A stretch of 64,000 bases of DNA from Eledone cirrhosa. Taxonomy: Eukaryota. This document shows positions 62,767 through 64,000 of the stretch, in pieces (within the stretch, counting starts at the first letter, position 1; each line of letters begins with the position of its first letter). Under the pieces are notes generated by a model. It did not search any database and was not told where the DNA came from. It saw only the letters and a program-made list of their open reading frames with translations. The stretch lies in the NCBI GenBank assembly GCA_964016885.1, contig OZ024747.1:61256001-61320000 (forward strand), in the 5' to 3' direction. The translations under genes were made by a program, and so were the position numbers.

Positions 62767-64000
62767 GAAAGACCCAAACCTTACTTCAGTCCTATTATCA
62801 ATCTGCAATGACTCCTTAAGTAACAAAACTCCTCCAACAAGTTGGCTAAAAGAAGGCATAGTTCCTGTCCCCCAAAACTACTGGGAATATCACTTATGCC
62901 CATTGTTGCCAAGATCTACAACAAGCTTATCCTCAACCGTATAGTTCCGTATGTTGATCCAATCCTTTGCATCAACCAAAACGGTTTTAGACCATAATAG
63001 ATCTACACTTGCACAGATTTTGGCCTTGAGAAGTGTAGGGGAAGAGATGAGAAACTCCAACAGACAAATGGCTCTAGTCTTTGTTGACTTTAGAAAAGCT
63101 TTTGACAGCATAAACAGAGACATTCTGTTTGAAATTCTACCCTTGTATGGCATCCCAGCAAGATTTGTGAAGCAATTAAGGCTCTGTATCTCAACACAAG
63201 TGCCCCTATCATCACCACTGATCACCTAACAGAGTTCTTTTACATCTCAGCAGGAGTGCTGCTGGGTGACACACTTGCCCCATTTCTCTTTATCATTGCA
63301 CTAGACTACGTTCTGAGGCTCTCAATTGACAAAATCAATAACAAAGGTATAACCATCAAACCCCGCATGAGCTCTAGGCATCCCTCCAAACATCTCACTG
63401 ACCTTGACTTTGTGGATGACATTATACTTCTTGCAGATTGCCTAGAAAATGCGACAACTTTTGAGATCTCTCCAGGAAGCATCCGCCCTTGTTGGCCTAC
63501 ATCTCAATGAGGGTAAAACAGTAGATATCAAACTGTACAGGCAACAACATCAAAACAATCAATGGCAGTTAATTCAAGCAAGTCGAGGATTTTAAGTATT
63601 TGGGGTCTGGGATCATGGATTCTGGGAAGGATTATGCCATCAGGAAGGCTCAAACATGGTCAGCTTGCAACAAGATGGATCGAGTTTGGAGGTCAAATCT
63701 TTCCAAACACACCAAAATCAGACTCTTCCAAGTAACAATTCAACCAATTTTACTATATGGAAGTGAAAGATGGATGTTTTCATCCAAACAACAAAAGCAT
63801 CTTGATGGCAGCTTCACTCACCTACTTCGACGCATTTGGATCATAAGCGACATCTGACTTTGAAAGAAATATATGCCGGCCTTCCACGCATATCTGACAT
63901 TGTACGCAAAAAGAGAGTAAGATTTGCTGGCCACTGCCATCGTGCAACCTCTGAGGCTGTGTCCCCATTAGTGCTCTGGAAACCACAAGCAGTCACTAAT
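62766..64000 (+). mobile_element. Decayed RTEX/RTE-group LINE, RT region
   Basis: GISLMPIVAKIYNKLILNRI, FVDFRKAFDSI, GVLLGDTLAPFLFII.LDYVLR, DLDFVDDI, ILLYGSE.W; multiple frameshifts; runs off the window end. Confidence 0.9.

Overview
AT-rich, repeat-dominated eukaryotic (animal) genomic DNA with no intact host gene or prokaryotic features. The mix of SINEs, LINEs and long (TA)n tracts resembles coleoid cephalopod (Octopus-like) DNA; this is an inference, not a search result. Most predicted ORFs are translated microsatellites. Recognisable elements: decayed non-LTR retrotransposons (RTE, RTEX, two Tx1/L1-clade copies, CRE, CR1); more than 25 tRNA-headed SINE copies from two families; a non-autonomous Helitron; TTAA-flanked piggyBac-type MITEs; and about 10 minisatellites, including a 2.7-kb array of a 43-bp unit. 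The main hidden signal is a dense set of type I hammerhead ribozyme (HHR) motifs, folded by eye: about 8 with an intact catalytic core, plus several degenerate or half copies. They belong to several unrelated short repeat families that sit in or next to (TA)n tracts and often form long palindromes. This is the architecture known for Penelope-like element (PLE) pseudo-LTRs. In five palindromes the fold-back point lies in ribozyme stem II, suggesting a self-priming origin. A 27-nt candidate microexon and a phase-compatible candidate terminal exon hint at a host gene on the + strand. Coordinates were counted by eye; repeat edges are approximate.
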